Source: Nanohaloarchaea archaeon B1-Br10_U2g21 (GTDB taxonomy: Archaea; Nanohalarchaeota; Nanosalinia; Nanosalinales; Nanosalinaceae). Taken from it: a stretch of 42,825 nucleotides of DNA. This document shows positions 27,146 through 37,154 of this stretch, in pieces (the first letter of the stretch is position 1; each line of letters opens with the position of its first letter). The position numbers and the translations under genes were made by a program. A model generated the notes under the pieces. The model was not told the origin of the DNA. It ran no database searches and was given only the letters and a program-made list of their open reading frames with translations. The stretch covers positions 1-42,825 of the forward strand of contig LKMP01000006.1 in assembly GCA_001563915.1 (NCBI GenBank). Reading direction: 5' to 3'.

Positions 27146-27364
27146 CTTATATCACCTTTCTTCCTCAGTCATATACTGATATTTTCCGTAACGATTCGAA
27201 GGCTTTATTCTACATCGTTTCTTAAATAATTGAAGACTGAGAGCTTGCTTTCTATGTTTTTCAGTATAACCTCTTCACTTTTTTAGATTCGTAAATAATT
27301 GTTATAGGTTAAACGTAAAGTGTATTACCAAAAATATTTAAGTGTTACTAACTAGTAACTACAT

Positions 27365-27853
27365 ATGACTAAGTCCTCTGGCATCGCAAGAATTCCGAAT
27401 CCTGTAAATGACCAAATAAGAGTGAAAGAATCCTATAACCCTGATAATCCTCCGGCAGAATATGACCCGGATGAACACGCTTTATTTGAATTAATATCTG
27501 AAAACGGTCGAGAAGGCTATATGTTGATGAGAAAACCGGGCGAAAATGAGTTCATAAGCCCAGGGCTAAATAACAGAGAATCCTTCAACAAACTCGTAAG
27601 AACTGATGCCGCCTCAGAATGGTATGAACAACCCGAAGATTTTGAGCCACACGACCCCGGATACGACCATAAGCCAAGCTCAGTATACGGACTCAGATGC
27701 CCCTCCCTAGAAGAAATAGATGAATTTGGAGAACAGTATCAAGAAAAAGTTGAAAATGCAGAGGGAGAAGAACTAGAAGAGATACTAGAAGAGGCTTGGG
27801 AAAATGCAGCAGAGTTCGTTCCAGAAAAGAGAGAAAGACTCGGAAATATCTAA
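27365..27853 (+). CDS. Hypothetical acidic protein
   Basis: 162-aa ORF. Confidence 0.65.
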   Translation: MTKSSGIARIPNPVNDQIRVKESYNPDNPPAEYDPDEHALFELISENGREGYMLMRKPGENEFISPGLNNRESFNKLVRTDAASEWYEQPEDFEPHDPGYDHKPSSVYGLRCPSLEEIDEFGEQYQEKVENAEGEELEEILEEAWENAAEFVPEKRERLGNI

Positions 27854-28705
27854 TTATACATCAATCCAGCCCTTTCTAGCAGCATGAAACAGATATTCTT
27901 GCGCATATCCTGAGTACGGTCCAAAGAACTCCCTCAAGTTACTTGAAGCATCATCATAGTTTTCAGAATACAGCTCAGGATAATATTTCTCCACTGCTTT
28001 CAAAGCCCAAGTATCTAAAGGATAAGCTTGGTAGAAACCAAGAGAGAATAATAATACACAGTCCGCAACTTTATCTCCTACACCATACAACTTTTTCAAG
28101 TCTTCGCGAGCCCTCTCATAATCCTCAGAGATGACAAGACCGCCTTCATTAAGAATCTTTACTGTTTCAGCCACATATTTTGCCCTGTAACCTAGGCCTA
28201 GATTTCGCAGATCTTCTTCTGAGGCTTCAGCAAGCTCTTCCATACTAGGGAACTTTCTTAGCTCATCTCCATCGAAATTGATTTTTTCACCAAATTTTTC
28301 CGCAATATCATCATGCATTTTTTTGATTCTCGGTATCTGCATTTGAGGAGAGCAAAGATATGATACAAGACATGGGAAAAACTCATCTTGGACAATTCTG
28401 AGACCTGAAAGCTCTTTTGAAGCCTGTAAAAGAATTTCATCTTCTGGAAAAGTCTCTCTTATATCTTCTAAATTTTGATCTATGCCTAACGCTTTTTCAA
28501 CTTCTTCTCTAGCCAGTTCCGTTTCTGCAATTATTGAGTCTCTTTTTTGTTCGACTATAATCAGCTTCTCTTTTCTAAAAGTATAGAATTTTGAATCTCC
28601 TTCTCCATACAGCTCTCCGTTGAAACGGTTCCAACAGAATGTTTGTCCGCAGGTCATAGTCAACTCAAGATCAAAGTCTGGAGCCTGAATTTTGTATTTG
28701 TTCAT
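27854..28705 (-). CDS. 8-oxoguanine DNA glycosylase (Ogg1-type HhH-GPD)
   Basis: LTMTCGQTFCW, GLRIVQDE, LGLGYRAKY, LYGVGDKVADCVLLFSL..PLDTW, GYAQEYLF. Confidence 0.92.
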   Translation of the reverse strand: MNKYKIQAPDFDLELTMTCGQTFCWNRFNGELYGEGDSKFYTFRKEKLIIVEQKRDSIIAETELAREEVEKALGIDQNLEDIRETFPEDEILLQASKELSGLRIVQDEFFPCLVSYLCSPQMQIPRIKKMHDDIAEKFGEKINFDGDELRKFPSMEELAEASEEDLRNLGLGYRAKYVAETVKILNEGGLVISEDYERAREDLKKLYGVGDKVADCVLLFSLGFYQAYPLDTWALKAVEKYYPELYSENYDDASSNLREFFGPYSGYAQEYLFHAARKGWIDV

Positions 28706-28736
28706 AGTTCAGTATGTGTCAGAAACTGTTTAAGTT

Positions 28737-28910
28737 TCAGTCTTCTTTGCGGTACTTGAAGAACCCTACGCCTTTTTCATCATCAGGTTTTTTGGAAGCC
28801 TCATACTTCGCTCTTTTTCTATAGCTGCGACCACACCTATGGCATTTAATTCTTTTCTCTGCTTTGCTGCGCTGTTTGAATCCGCAGTCAGGGCATTGGA
28901 AGTATGTCAC
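28737..28910 (-). CDS. Small basic zinc-ribbon protein (57 aa, absent from ORF track)
   Basis: GTG start; MTYFQCPDCGFKQRSKAEKRIKCHRCGRSYRKRAKYEASKKPDDEKGVGFFKYRKED; two CxxCG motifs. Confidence 0.75.
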   Translation of the reverse strand: MTYFQCPDCGFKQRSKAEKRIKCHRCGRSYRKRAKYEASKKPDDEKGVGFFKYRKED

Positions 28911-28950
28911 ATCTAGTTTTTTGAGGCCTAGTTTTTTCCATTTAACTGTT

Positions 28951-30066
28951 CTATACTGCCGATAGATATGGCGCGTAACTGAACGCTAGAAGAGTGATTA
29001 TCGCCCATACTGACATTGCAGCAGTCATTACGCCTGCTATTTGTTTTTCTGTTAGCCCTCTCCGCATTAAAGGATGAGTTAAAGAATAGTTTTTGCTGTG
29101 TAGTGGCTTTAGCGTTCCGTCAGGCTGAATTTCTCCCCAAGAATGCGCATTAAACTTATTTCGAGCTTTTAACAAAAACTCGGCCATCCATGGCATGAAC
29201 AAAATTATTCCAAATTTTTCCATATCGCCTATAACCATTGCAGAAAACATCACTGCTCCGCAGAGGTAAGTTAAAGAGTCTCCTGGAAGCACTGTAGCAG
29301 GATACTTATTATAGAACAGAAATGCTAGAAGAGTTCCCGAGAGCACAAAAGTTAACGCATAGGCCTCTACCGCTCCATTCTGGTAGGCGTGTATTCCTAG
29401 AGCTGTTGAGGCAACAAAGGCTAACGCAGCTTCCATCCCGTTTATGCCTGCCAACATATTCACCACATTCGACACAAAGAGTAGGCCTAAAGGCAATAAA
29501 AGCAAGGGATAAATGAGACCCCAGTCTATAACTCCTATTACAGGAAACGTCATTGTCCATGATCCTGCTCCTACAGCTATTAATGGAAATGCGGCAGGCA
29601 GAACCATCAACATTTTTACTGCTTGATTTAGGCCTGTACGTTCTATTTCCGAATCTTTAGCGCCGAATACGACATCTACATGGCGGTGAAAAATAGTTTT
29701 TCCGGTTTCAAGATCTATTTGGATGTCTTCTCCTACTCTTTCCTCTACTAATCGAGTTATATCAACATGCACATCATCAATAAGACCTATTAGTGCTATT
29801 AATGCTGCTGAAGATACTGCAGCAAATATGAGCGATCTGTCTGTCACTGTTTCTGTGAAAAGCGCAGTTGCTCCCGCATAAAATGATATGGCAAACATAA
29901 AACCTAGAAGAACTATAACTCCTCCTGAAGTCGGTATTCTAGGCTTCCCTAATTTTTGCTGATCTTTTCCATATATTCCTGACGCAAAAAGATATTTTTC
30001 CGCTACCGGCGTGCCTAAAAGCACCGTAAGAAATCCCAATATTATTGATAGAAATAGTAGCTCCAT
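28951..30066 (-). CDS. UDP-GlcNAc:dolichyl-phosphate GlcNAc-1-P transferase (AglH/Alg7-like, MraY family)
   Basis: GKDQQK..IPTSGG, IGLIDD, NVVNMLAGINGME, YNKYPATVLPGDSLTY. Confidence 0.88.
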   Translation of the reverse strand: MELLFLSIILGFLTVLLGTPVAEKYLFASGIYGKDQQKLGKPRIPTSGGVIVLLGFMFAISFYAGATALFTETVTDRSLIFAAVSSAALIALIGLIDDVHVDITRLVEERVGEDIQIDLETGKTIFHRHVDVVFGAKDSEIERTGLNQAVKMLMVLPAAFPLIAVGAGSWTMTFPVIGVIDWGLIYPLLLLPLGLLFVSNVVNMLAGINGMEAALAFVASTALGIHAYQNGAVEAYALTFVLSGTLLAFLFYNKYPATVLPGDSLTYLCGAVMFSAMVIGDMEKFGIILFMPWMAEFLLKARNKFNAHSWGEIQPDGTLKPLHSKNYSLTHPLMRRGLTEKQIAGVMTAAMSVWAIITLLAFSYAPYLSAV

Positions 30067-30076
30067 AACATAATAC

Positions 30077-32671
30077 CTATTCTTCTACTCGCCAAGTCTT
30101 TACAAAGTCATTAGATGCTTCATCGACTCCTTCCAAATAATCTATTCCATACCCATCCATAAGATACATTCTTGCAATATTCGTTTCCTTAATATCTCTA
30201 GGTACGATTACTAGTCTTGCTTGCTGTCCAAACACCTGGCTTCTATCAAGAGTAAAGTATGGATCCTCAGCAATACAGTACTCTGAGTCTCCATCTTCAA
30301 ATTCTTGCACTCCATTCTCTGTAATAATGCAGCTCGCAGACATCCTTTGCCCGTCCATAGTTTGGATAGTAGCTGCTCCACTTATATCGGCAGAAGCTTC
30401 AGTTCTGTTTATAGGCGCGTATATTTCTGCAGGCAATCCTTCAATACTTCCAAAGAATGGTACTACTTCTGACTCTCCATCCGAAGTTACTACATCTTCT
30501 AGAGCCCCCATTGTCTGAGCTTGTGACCATGAGTCAAAGTTTTCATTGTCCTCTCTAGCAATCTGACTTACTGCAGCATATTTACCAATCATAGTATTAT
30601 CCAGCACTATATAGTCTACAGAATGCTTCTCTAAAAGATCTTGATCGTCCTCAGGATCATCAGATGTGAAGTATCTTGCAATCGGGAAGTTAACTCTCTC
30701 ATCGCTTGTGTAATAGTTATAGTTACCTCCATCCGCCACACTTGCAGAACGGCCAATCGTCTGGAAATGGTATCCATAATCCCACCATGACAAAACTACC
30801 GTCCCTTCATCAGCTTCTTCTCTCAAGTAGTCCAGATTCTCCATCCAGGCCTCATTAGGCTCTCCACCTATGCCTTGAACGGCCGCCCACCCGGCAAAAA
30901 TATTCACTGATAACAGTGCAATAATTCCCACGCCTAGTATCAACGTCCTCAGTTTGTCCCCATTGATATCAAGTTCGCTGAAATCCAAAGATTGGATTCT
31001 ACGGTATGCTATCGAGAATGTATATCCTGCTCCAAGAGCGACCGGGAATGCAGCCAAGAATATTAAACGGTTTCTTGCCGTTGCGCCTAACAAATTAGTG
31101 ATAATCCAGAAAAATGCAAGGAATTGATACCACTCTACTTGGATTTCACGAGGCTTAAAGTCTTCTAAAAAGTATACTACTCCCAGTCCTAAAGTCGCTA
31201 TCCATAATGGGTACGCTGCGCCTCTAAGCACAGAAGACTGATCTTCTTGTCCAAAAGAGAATAATGTGGCGATTATAGCGGTAAATAGAAGAGACATAAT
31301 AGTGATTGATAATACAGAATCTTCGTCAAGATAAAACACAAGAACCGAAACTAGGCCTAGCATAATAAGTCCTAACGCTATTCCAGCTGTCGTATAGCCT
31401 CCAAAGAACCCTAAAAATGTTACACCCCATGCTGATACGACTCCAGCCAGAAGCCCATAGTATTTACGACCTTCTAAGACTTCCTCTACTAACCCATAGC
31501 TTTTGGCAATCATTAAGATTGCTGAAACAAGAAGGAATGGAATTGAAAGGAAAACTAGTGTCCAAGGACCTACCAGCGCAGAAAGAATCTCTGCGCCCGG
31601 AAATATTTGATCAACAATTCCTGTACCAAGCTGAACTGTAAGTTCTCCTAGCCCTGGTGCTGCATCTTCTGCAACAGTTCCCGAAATAGTTCCTGCATCA
31701 GTCTGAGTTGCTCTACGATATATGCTGAAAGTTATATCTGCTAAGAAGCTAGAATAAAGTGGAGATAATGCGAGCGCCAGACCTCCTGTAATGTACATTG
31801 ATGGTGAAAAGTACTGTAAATAATCTTCCTTCAACAAGTTTAGCTCTTCTACAAGGAAACGAGCCCATAGCAGTGTAAGCATACCGACATTCAGGTAAAT
31901 ATACATATGGTCGAACCAGAATCGTCCGGAATTAAATATAGATGCGAAAAATGCGGCTATTAAGACTGTAGGCGTGAATGCAGCAACAAGATTTTCTATA
32001 TCTCTGTCAATTAAAAGCATGAAACCGACTGTCATCGGATACAGAAGCCAAAGTACTCCGCTTCCACCCCAAGTGATTGTGAATATTCCTAATGTGAGGC
32101 CTGCAAGTATGCCGTAAATCCAGTCTTTTTTCTTCCACGCTATAGTGAAGAAGAGAAGGGATAGTAGCATGAAGAATGTTCCTATGGCTTCTTTCTCGAA
32201 GAATCCTGCTGAGCTTCTAAACATTGCTCCCGGAATTACTGCTATGAAGAATGCTGCTCCAAGGCCTGTGTATTTATCGAACATTTCTTTTCCAAGGTAA
32301 TACATTGCTATTGCGCCAAGACCGGAGAAAAGAGGTTGTATCCAGTAACCAAACTCTAGATAAGAGTCAAAAAGTAGAAATCCTCCTGCCCAGTAAAGTA
32401 TTGCCGGTATTACAAGATTACCCATATGGTCTAAATGCAGCGGGTAAGCATATGGGAAATATCTTAGGAAATCAAGTTCTGGAAGTCCTCCTGTATATGC
32501 TATTTGCTGTGAGCTTCGGAACAGATTATACGGATCCATTGCAGAAAGATATTCAATAGTTCGTGTAGGATAGTATCGGAAGCCTACTGCTATGAAGAAA
32601 ATTGCTAGTAAAAACGGGGCGACCCAGTACTTTTCGGCCAGTTTTTTCGGATTTCTTTCTGAAATATTCAT
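30077..32671 (-). CDS. aglB: Oligosaccharyltransferase AglB (STT3)
   Basis: MDPY, RSSAGFFEKE, TVAE, SWWDYG, DK-type motif DNTMIGK. Confidence 0.95.
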   Translation of the reverse strand: MNISERNPKKLAEKYWVAPFLLAIFFIAVGFRYYPTRTIEYLSAMDPYNLFRSSQQIAYTGGLPELDFLRYFPYAYPLHLDHMGNLVIPAILYWAGGFLLFDSYLEFGYWIQPLFSGLGAIAMYYLGKEMFDKYTGLGAAFFIAVIPGAMFRSSAGFFEKEAIGTFFMLLSLLFFTIAWKKKDWIYGILAGLTLGIFTITWGGSGVLWLLYPMTVGFMLLIDRDIENLVAAFTPTVLIAAFFASIFNSGRFWFDHMYIYLNVGMLTLLWARFLVEELNLLKEDYLQYFSPSMYITGGLALALSPLYSSFLADITFSIYRRATQTDAGTISGTVAEDAAPGLGELTVQLGTGIVDQIFPGAEILSALVGPWTLVFLSIPFLLVSAILMIAKSYGLVEEVLEGRKYYGLLAGVVSAWGVTFLGFFGGYTTAGIALGLIMLGLVSVLVFYLDEDSVLSITIMSLLFTAIIATLFSFGQEDQSSVLRGAAYPLWIATLGLGVVYFLEDFKPREIQVEWYQFLAFFWIITNLLGATARNRLIFLAAFPVALGAGYTFSIAYRRIQSLDFSELDINGDKLRTLILGVGIIALLSVNIFAGWAAVQGIGGEPNEAWMENLDYLREEADEGTVVLSWWDYGYHFQTIGRSASVADGGNYNYYTSDERVNFPIARYFTSDDPEDDQDLLEKHSVDYIVLDNTMIGKYAAVSQIAREDNENFDSWSQAQTMGALEDVVTSDGESEVVPFFGSIEGLPAEIYAPINRTEASADISGAATIQTMDGQRMSASCIITENGVQEFEDGDSEYCIAEDPYFTLDRSQVFGQQARLVIVPRDIKETNIARMYLMDGYGIDYLEGVDEASNDFVKTWRVEE

Positions 32672-32755
32672 CGGCTGTAATTTTGAATTGTGTATAAAGC
32701 TTTTTTATGAGCTTCTAGACCTGGGACGATTTTAAAAGCATTTCAAGTGTAAATA

Positions 32756-33715
32756 TTGTTTACCGTGGAGCGGATTGATGAGTTAGAGAGAAATTTGAGC
32801 AAGAGATATACTCGGCTCTATGAGAACCATGAACGGTATTTTTTCATACCTTTAGTGCTCATACTTCTAGCAGCTTCAGTCTTATTCTATAACTTTGCTA
32901 CTACCGGCGAATTCCTTGAGAAAGGTACTGATTTCGCTGGAGGCACAGAAATAACGTTTGAAGTTGAAGGAGAATTTAGCTCTAGCGAAATAGAGCAAGT
33001 ATTCGCTGACGCAGACCGTTCAGGAACCACTGCATTAACCCAAGATACTGGGGAACGAGAACTCTTACTAGTTCAAGTACCTCCTCCAGACATGACTCAG
33101 GATGAAGCCGCAGAAATAATGGAAGATGCAGGCTATGAAGTTGAAATAGAAGGATTCAACTCAATATCTGCGGCAGTTTCCGGACAGTTCTTCCAGCAAG
33201 CCCAGTTTGCATTCATACTAGCATTCACGATAATGAGCATAATAATTTTCTACGCATTCAAAAACTTTACACCTGCAGCAGCAGTAGTATTTGCAGCAGG
33301 AGGAGATATCATGATAGCAGCAGCCGGAATGTCCTTACTAGGAATACCTTTGACTCTCGGATCGCTCGCTGCACTATTGATGCTTATAGGTTATTCTGTT
33401 GACACCGATATCGTACTATCTACGCGCGTATTGAAGATGAATAGGGGCTCTAACAGATCTCGTATGTGGAGTTCTGTCAAAACAGGATTGACAATGAGTT
33501 CGGGAGGAATAGCAGGATTTACACTACTATATCTTGTTTCTTACTCTATTGTCGGACCTTCAGAACTCTCAATAATCGCCTCAGTAATGGTTATAGGCCT
33601 TATGGCGGATATACCTCTTACTTGGCTTGGTAACACGGTCATTTTGAAGAAATATGTTGAAGGCGATTTTGAAAATCTTGATAACTTTACGAAGTGGTCG
33701 TTTTGGAGATCTTAA
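32756..33715 (+). CDS. secF: Protein translocase subunit SecF
   Basis: GTDFAGGTEI, LAALLMLIGYSVDTDIVL. Confidence 0.93.
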   Translation: MFTVERIDELERNLSKRYTRLYENHERYFFIPLVLILLAASVLFYNFATTGEFLEKGTDFAGGTEITFEVEGEFSSSEIEQVFADADRSGTTALTQDTGERELLLVQVPPPDMTQDEAAEIMEDAGYEVEIEGFNSISAAVSGQFFQQAQFAFILAFTIMSIIIFYAFKNFTPAAAVVFAAGGDIMIAAAGMSLLGIPLTLGSLAALLMLIGYSVDTDIVLSTRVLKMNRGSNRSRMWSSVKTGLTMSSGGIAGFTLLYLVSYSIVGPSELSIIASVMVIGLMADIPLTWLGNTVILKKYVEGDFENLDNFTKWSFWRS

Positions 33716-35325
33716 AAGAACTCGCTAAGGAATGGCGTATTTGGCTTCTGCTAGTCTCTCTAGTTGGCGCCACACTAATGCTTGGCTTCAGCTATGAGGA
33801 AGACGATGCTGGAGACATAGCTTTAACGACAAATCTTGAAGACCGTATGGGTATTGACTTCACAGGCGGTACTCGGTTACTGCTAGCAATGGATACTGAT
33901 GCCGAAGGAGATGAACAATTAGAGCTAGCGGATCAAGTAAGAGATGTTTTAGAAGTACGAGTGCAGCAATTTGGTTTACCTGATCCCAATATTAGAACTG
34001 TAGATATCGGAGGAGGCAATCATAGAATACAGGTAGAAGTAGGTGCAACAAACCAAACTCAAATACAAGAGCTAATTGAACAAGAAGGCACATTTGAAGC
34101 TCGAATGCCTATATGGGTGGACGAAAGCGTAGATTTCACCCTATCAGAAACTCACACATTCACACGCAGTAATGGAGAAATAGAGGTAGAAGAATCAGGA
34201 GAAACATACAGCGAAGGAGAAAGGTTTGAACTAGAAGGCAGAGATTTCAAATACATAAACGACACCGAAGATAGAGCAGTATTAGAAGTAGTCACCTATG
34301 ACGGAAGCGACATACAAGATGTATTGACAGGCGATGCTTCTCTTTCCGAATCTGCGCCCTACGAATTCCAGTTCCCAATTGTTTTGTCTAATGACGCAGC
34401 ACAACACAAGTCCGCAGTAGCACAGAACTATGATGTTAGTATTGGTGATGGAGGCTGGCTGCAACATCCTAACACAAATGAATATGCTCGGATGAATCTC
34501 TACGTCGACGATGAAAGAGAAAGCGATCTTCGTATGAGCGGAGTATTCCAAGAACAAGTACTCACTCAGTCAAGTATCAGTGGCGGAGGAGAAACACGAG
34601 AAGATGCAAGTCAACAAATGGAAAATTTACAAGCCATACTTCAATCAGGAAGTTTGCCTGTTCCTGTAGAAATTGAAACTATAACTACACTGTCATCAGC
34701 GTTAGGAGATGACTTTATGAGAGCCTCAATACTTTCGATTATCGCTTCCTTAATAGCTGTAGGATTACTAGTAACAATAAGATATCAAGACCCTAGAATT
34801 GCTGCGCCAATAGTTCTTACTGGTGCTGCAGAAGTCTACATCATATTAGGATTTTGGTTCACCACTATGGGAACTTTAAGTCTTTCAGCTATCGCAGGAA
34901 TAATCGCAGCAGTAGGTACAGGCGTGGATGACCAAATTATTATTGCAGATGAGTCAGATCGAGAAGTAATACAATCTTGGACAGAAAAGATGAAAAGGGC
35001 ATTCTTTGTGATCTTCACTGCTGCAGCATCCACAATCGGAGCCATGACTCCTATACTCTATCCTGGATTGATGAGTATGCTGATTGCGATGGCAGGAATA
35101 GGATTGTTAATGTACAATTATTACAGCAGAGGAAGTAACTCACATCTCGTGGCAATTGGAGTTTTTTCAGTACTCATAGGATCATTTATATTCTCAATGG
35201 ATCCTTCAGGAGCAGCAATGTCAACAATCCATGATTTTGCATGGACCACAATATTAGGAATCCTTATAGGGATTACAATCACAAGACCTGCATTTGCAAA
35301 GGTTCTAGAAAAGATGAATGACTAG
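33694..35325 (+). CDS. secD: Protein translocase subunit SecD
   Basis: GIDFTGGTR, LQSGSLPV, IAGIIAAVGTGVDDQIII, ITRPAF. Confidence 0.93.
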   Translation: MVVLEILKELAKEWRIWLLLVSLVGATLMLGFSYEEDDAGDIALTTNLEDRMGIDFTGGTRLLLAMDTDAEGDEQLELADQVRDVLEVRVQQFGLPDPNIRTVDIGGGNHRIQVEVGATNQTQIQELIEQEGTFEARMPIWVDESVDFTLSETHTFTRSNGEIEVEESGETYSEGERFELEGRDFKYINDTEDRAVLEVVTYDGSDIQDVLTGDASLSESAPYEFQFPIVLSNDAAQHKSAVAQNYDVSIGDGGWLQHPNTNEYARMNLYVDDERESDLRMSGVFQEQVLTQSSISGGGETREDASQQMENLQAILQSGSLPVPVEIETITTLSSALGDDFMRASILSIIASLIAVGLLVTIRYQDPRIAAPIVLTGAAEVYIILGFWFTTMGTLSLSAIAGIIAAVGTGVDDQIIIADESDREVIQSWTEKMKRAFFVIFTAAASTIGAMTPILYPGLMSMLIAMAGIGLLMYNYYSRGSNSHLVAIGVFSVLIGSFIFSMDPSGAAMSTIHDFAWTTILGILIGITITRPAFAKVLEKMND

Positions 35326-35404
35326 AAATTAAGGCAATACCAGGTTTACTCAACCAACTCAAACATTTAAGCTATAAAAACAGGTTAAAGCTAAAATATA
35401 GTAA

Positions 35405-35629
35405 ATGAAAGGAGGCTCAGTTCTTAAACTAGTGGCTGCATCAATATTACTTCTCTTACTATTTGGAGTTGCAGTACTAGGAATATCAGCACTTGACAAT
35501 ACGCTAGATGATGAAATAGAAGCAGAATATTTTGAAGAAAATGAATCTGAGAGTGAATCTGGTGCGGAAGAAATGTTTATGAATCTAGAAGAACCTGGAA
35601 AAAATATTAAAGGCCCTGAAGCTTCATAA
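35405..35629 (+). CDS. Small single-TM hypothetical protein
   Basis: N-terminal hydrophobic helix plus acidic tail; overlaps the 3' end of nac. Confidence 0.5.
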   Translation: MKGGSVLKLVAASILLLLLFGVAVLGISALDNTLDDEIEAEYFEENESESESGAEEMFMNLEEPGKNIKGPEAS

Positions 35630-35924
35630 CGGCTCCAGCAACGTCACCTTCACTTTCCAAAGCTTTTCTAGCTTCTTCTTTTGAAGCATCTGTTTTTTCC
35701 ATTACAATTTCAATATCTTCTTCTGGTATAGCTGTCTCTTCAGTATATTTACCTTGTAGCTGGAAAATTTCCTGTCCTTGAGCCTTAACCTTTGAAATTT
35801 GAGGAGAATTGAAAACTACTTTTTTCCCTCCTGATAACGTTATTTCTACTTTTTCTGCGTTGAGTTCTTCCATATCAACGCCCATCTGTTTCATCATTTT
35901 TGACATATCTTTGCCGCCGAACAT
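35607..35924 (-). CDS. nac: Nascent polypeptide-associated complex protein
   Basis: MMKQMGVDMEEL, QGQEIFQL, UBA-like EEDIEIVMEKT..ARKALE..GDVAGAVMKL. Confidence 0.93.
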   Translation of the reverse strand: MFGGKDMSKMMKQMGVDMEELNAEKVEITLSGGKKVVFNSPQISKVKAQGQEIFQLQGKYTEETAIPEEDIEIVMEKTDASKEEARKALESEGDVAGAVMKLQGL

Positions 35925-36119
35925 ACATTAGGATTAACCCTTAGATTTTTTATCCCTGTTGAGACAAGCAAATTATCATTTCTAATATTTCTTGATGGAT
36001 CCACTTTAGAACAACATGAGTGTTCAAAATATGCGAACAATAAGATTAACTTTTCATAAAAACAAGACTATGTTCTTTTCAGGAAGAACTTTTATCTGAC
36101 TAAGTTCTAAAGATTATAC

Positions 36120-37121
36120 ATGGATACACAAAAAACCTTTCTAGCAGGTACAGCCGCCCTTCTAACACTCATTTCCTTAACGATGTTAGCACCATTTCTG
36201 GCGTATATACTAACTGCAATAATCCTAGCTTTTGTTTTAAGACCTCTACAGATTAAGCTTGAGCCTTACATAGGAGGAACTATTTCCTCAGCACTTCTAA
36301 TACTAGCGTTCATCTTAATTATAGCTCTACCTTTTGCATTAGCTGTGGGCACAGTAGCCACGGACGCACTAGAACTTGTAGACGAGATAGAAGACATTGA
36401 AGTAATAGATCTCGGCGAACTTGAACAGACAATATTTGATTTAACTGGACAAGAGATAGATTTAGAATCCGAGCTACAGGAACTACTTGAAAGATTCACT
36501 GCAGTGGCTGTGGGCGGCATTTCCCAGATTGTTGGCGTAATAACATCTGTAGCAATAGGCCTGCTGATAATGATATTTTCGTTATTCTACATGCTTAGAG
36601 ATGGAGATAGACTCTACAACTGGATTAGGTCAGTTACACCAGTGTCAGAAAAAATACAGAAAGATTTGTATTCTCGAGCCGAGATAATGACAAATGCAGT
36701 TCTCAAAGGGCATGTGCTGGTGGCAATAGTAGAAGGTCTCGTAGGCGGTCTAGGACTGTATTTAGCAGGAGTACCTAACTTTGCATTCTGGACCTTCATT
36801 ATGATACTTCTTTCCTTCATCCCTGTAGTCGGAGCATTCTTAGTCTGGGCTCCTGCGAGCCTGTATTTATTTTTAATACAGCAGCCGGTTGAAGGAGTAT
36901 TCTTGTTCTTATATGGAGCAATTATAATTTCCTTTATAGACAATGTGATGAGGCCTTATCTTGTTGATAGTCGAGCGGAACTGCATCCTGCCGCAATACT
37001 TATCGGTGTTCTTGGAGGCGTTTATGTTTTCGGAGCTATAGGACTATTCATAGGTCCTGTAATCTTTGGATTAACAAAGGCAGTGCTTGATGTATTCAAC
37101 GCTAACTACAAGGATTTATGA
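36120..37121 (+). CDS. AI-2E family transporter
   Basis: LFYMLRDG, LSFIPVVG, DNVMRPYL..LHP..IGVLGG..FG..GLFIGP. Confidence 0.92.
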   Translation: MDTQKTFLAGTAALLTLISLTMLAPFLAYILTAIILAFVLRPLQIKLEPYIGGTISSALLILAFILIIALPFALAVGTVATDALELVDEIEDIEVIDLGELEQTIFDLTGQEIDLESELQELLERFTAVAVGGISQIVGVITSVAIGLLIMIFSLFYMLRDGDRLYNWIRSVTPVSEKIQKDLYSRAEIMTNAVLKGHVLVAIVEGLVGGLGLYLAGVPNFAFWTFIMILLSFIPVVGAFLVWAPASLYLFLIQQPVEGVFLFLYGAIIISFIDNVMRPYLVDSRAELHPAAILIGVLGGVYVFGAIGLFIGPVIFGLTKAVLDVFNANYKDL

Positions 37122-37154
37122 GCGGAGAGAGCTTCAAATGACTTATTCTTTTTT

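Noticed and set aside
32756-35325. secF before secD gene order
   Set aside because: This order is known in archaea, including haloarchaea.
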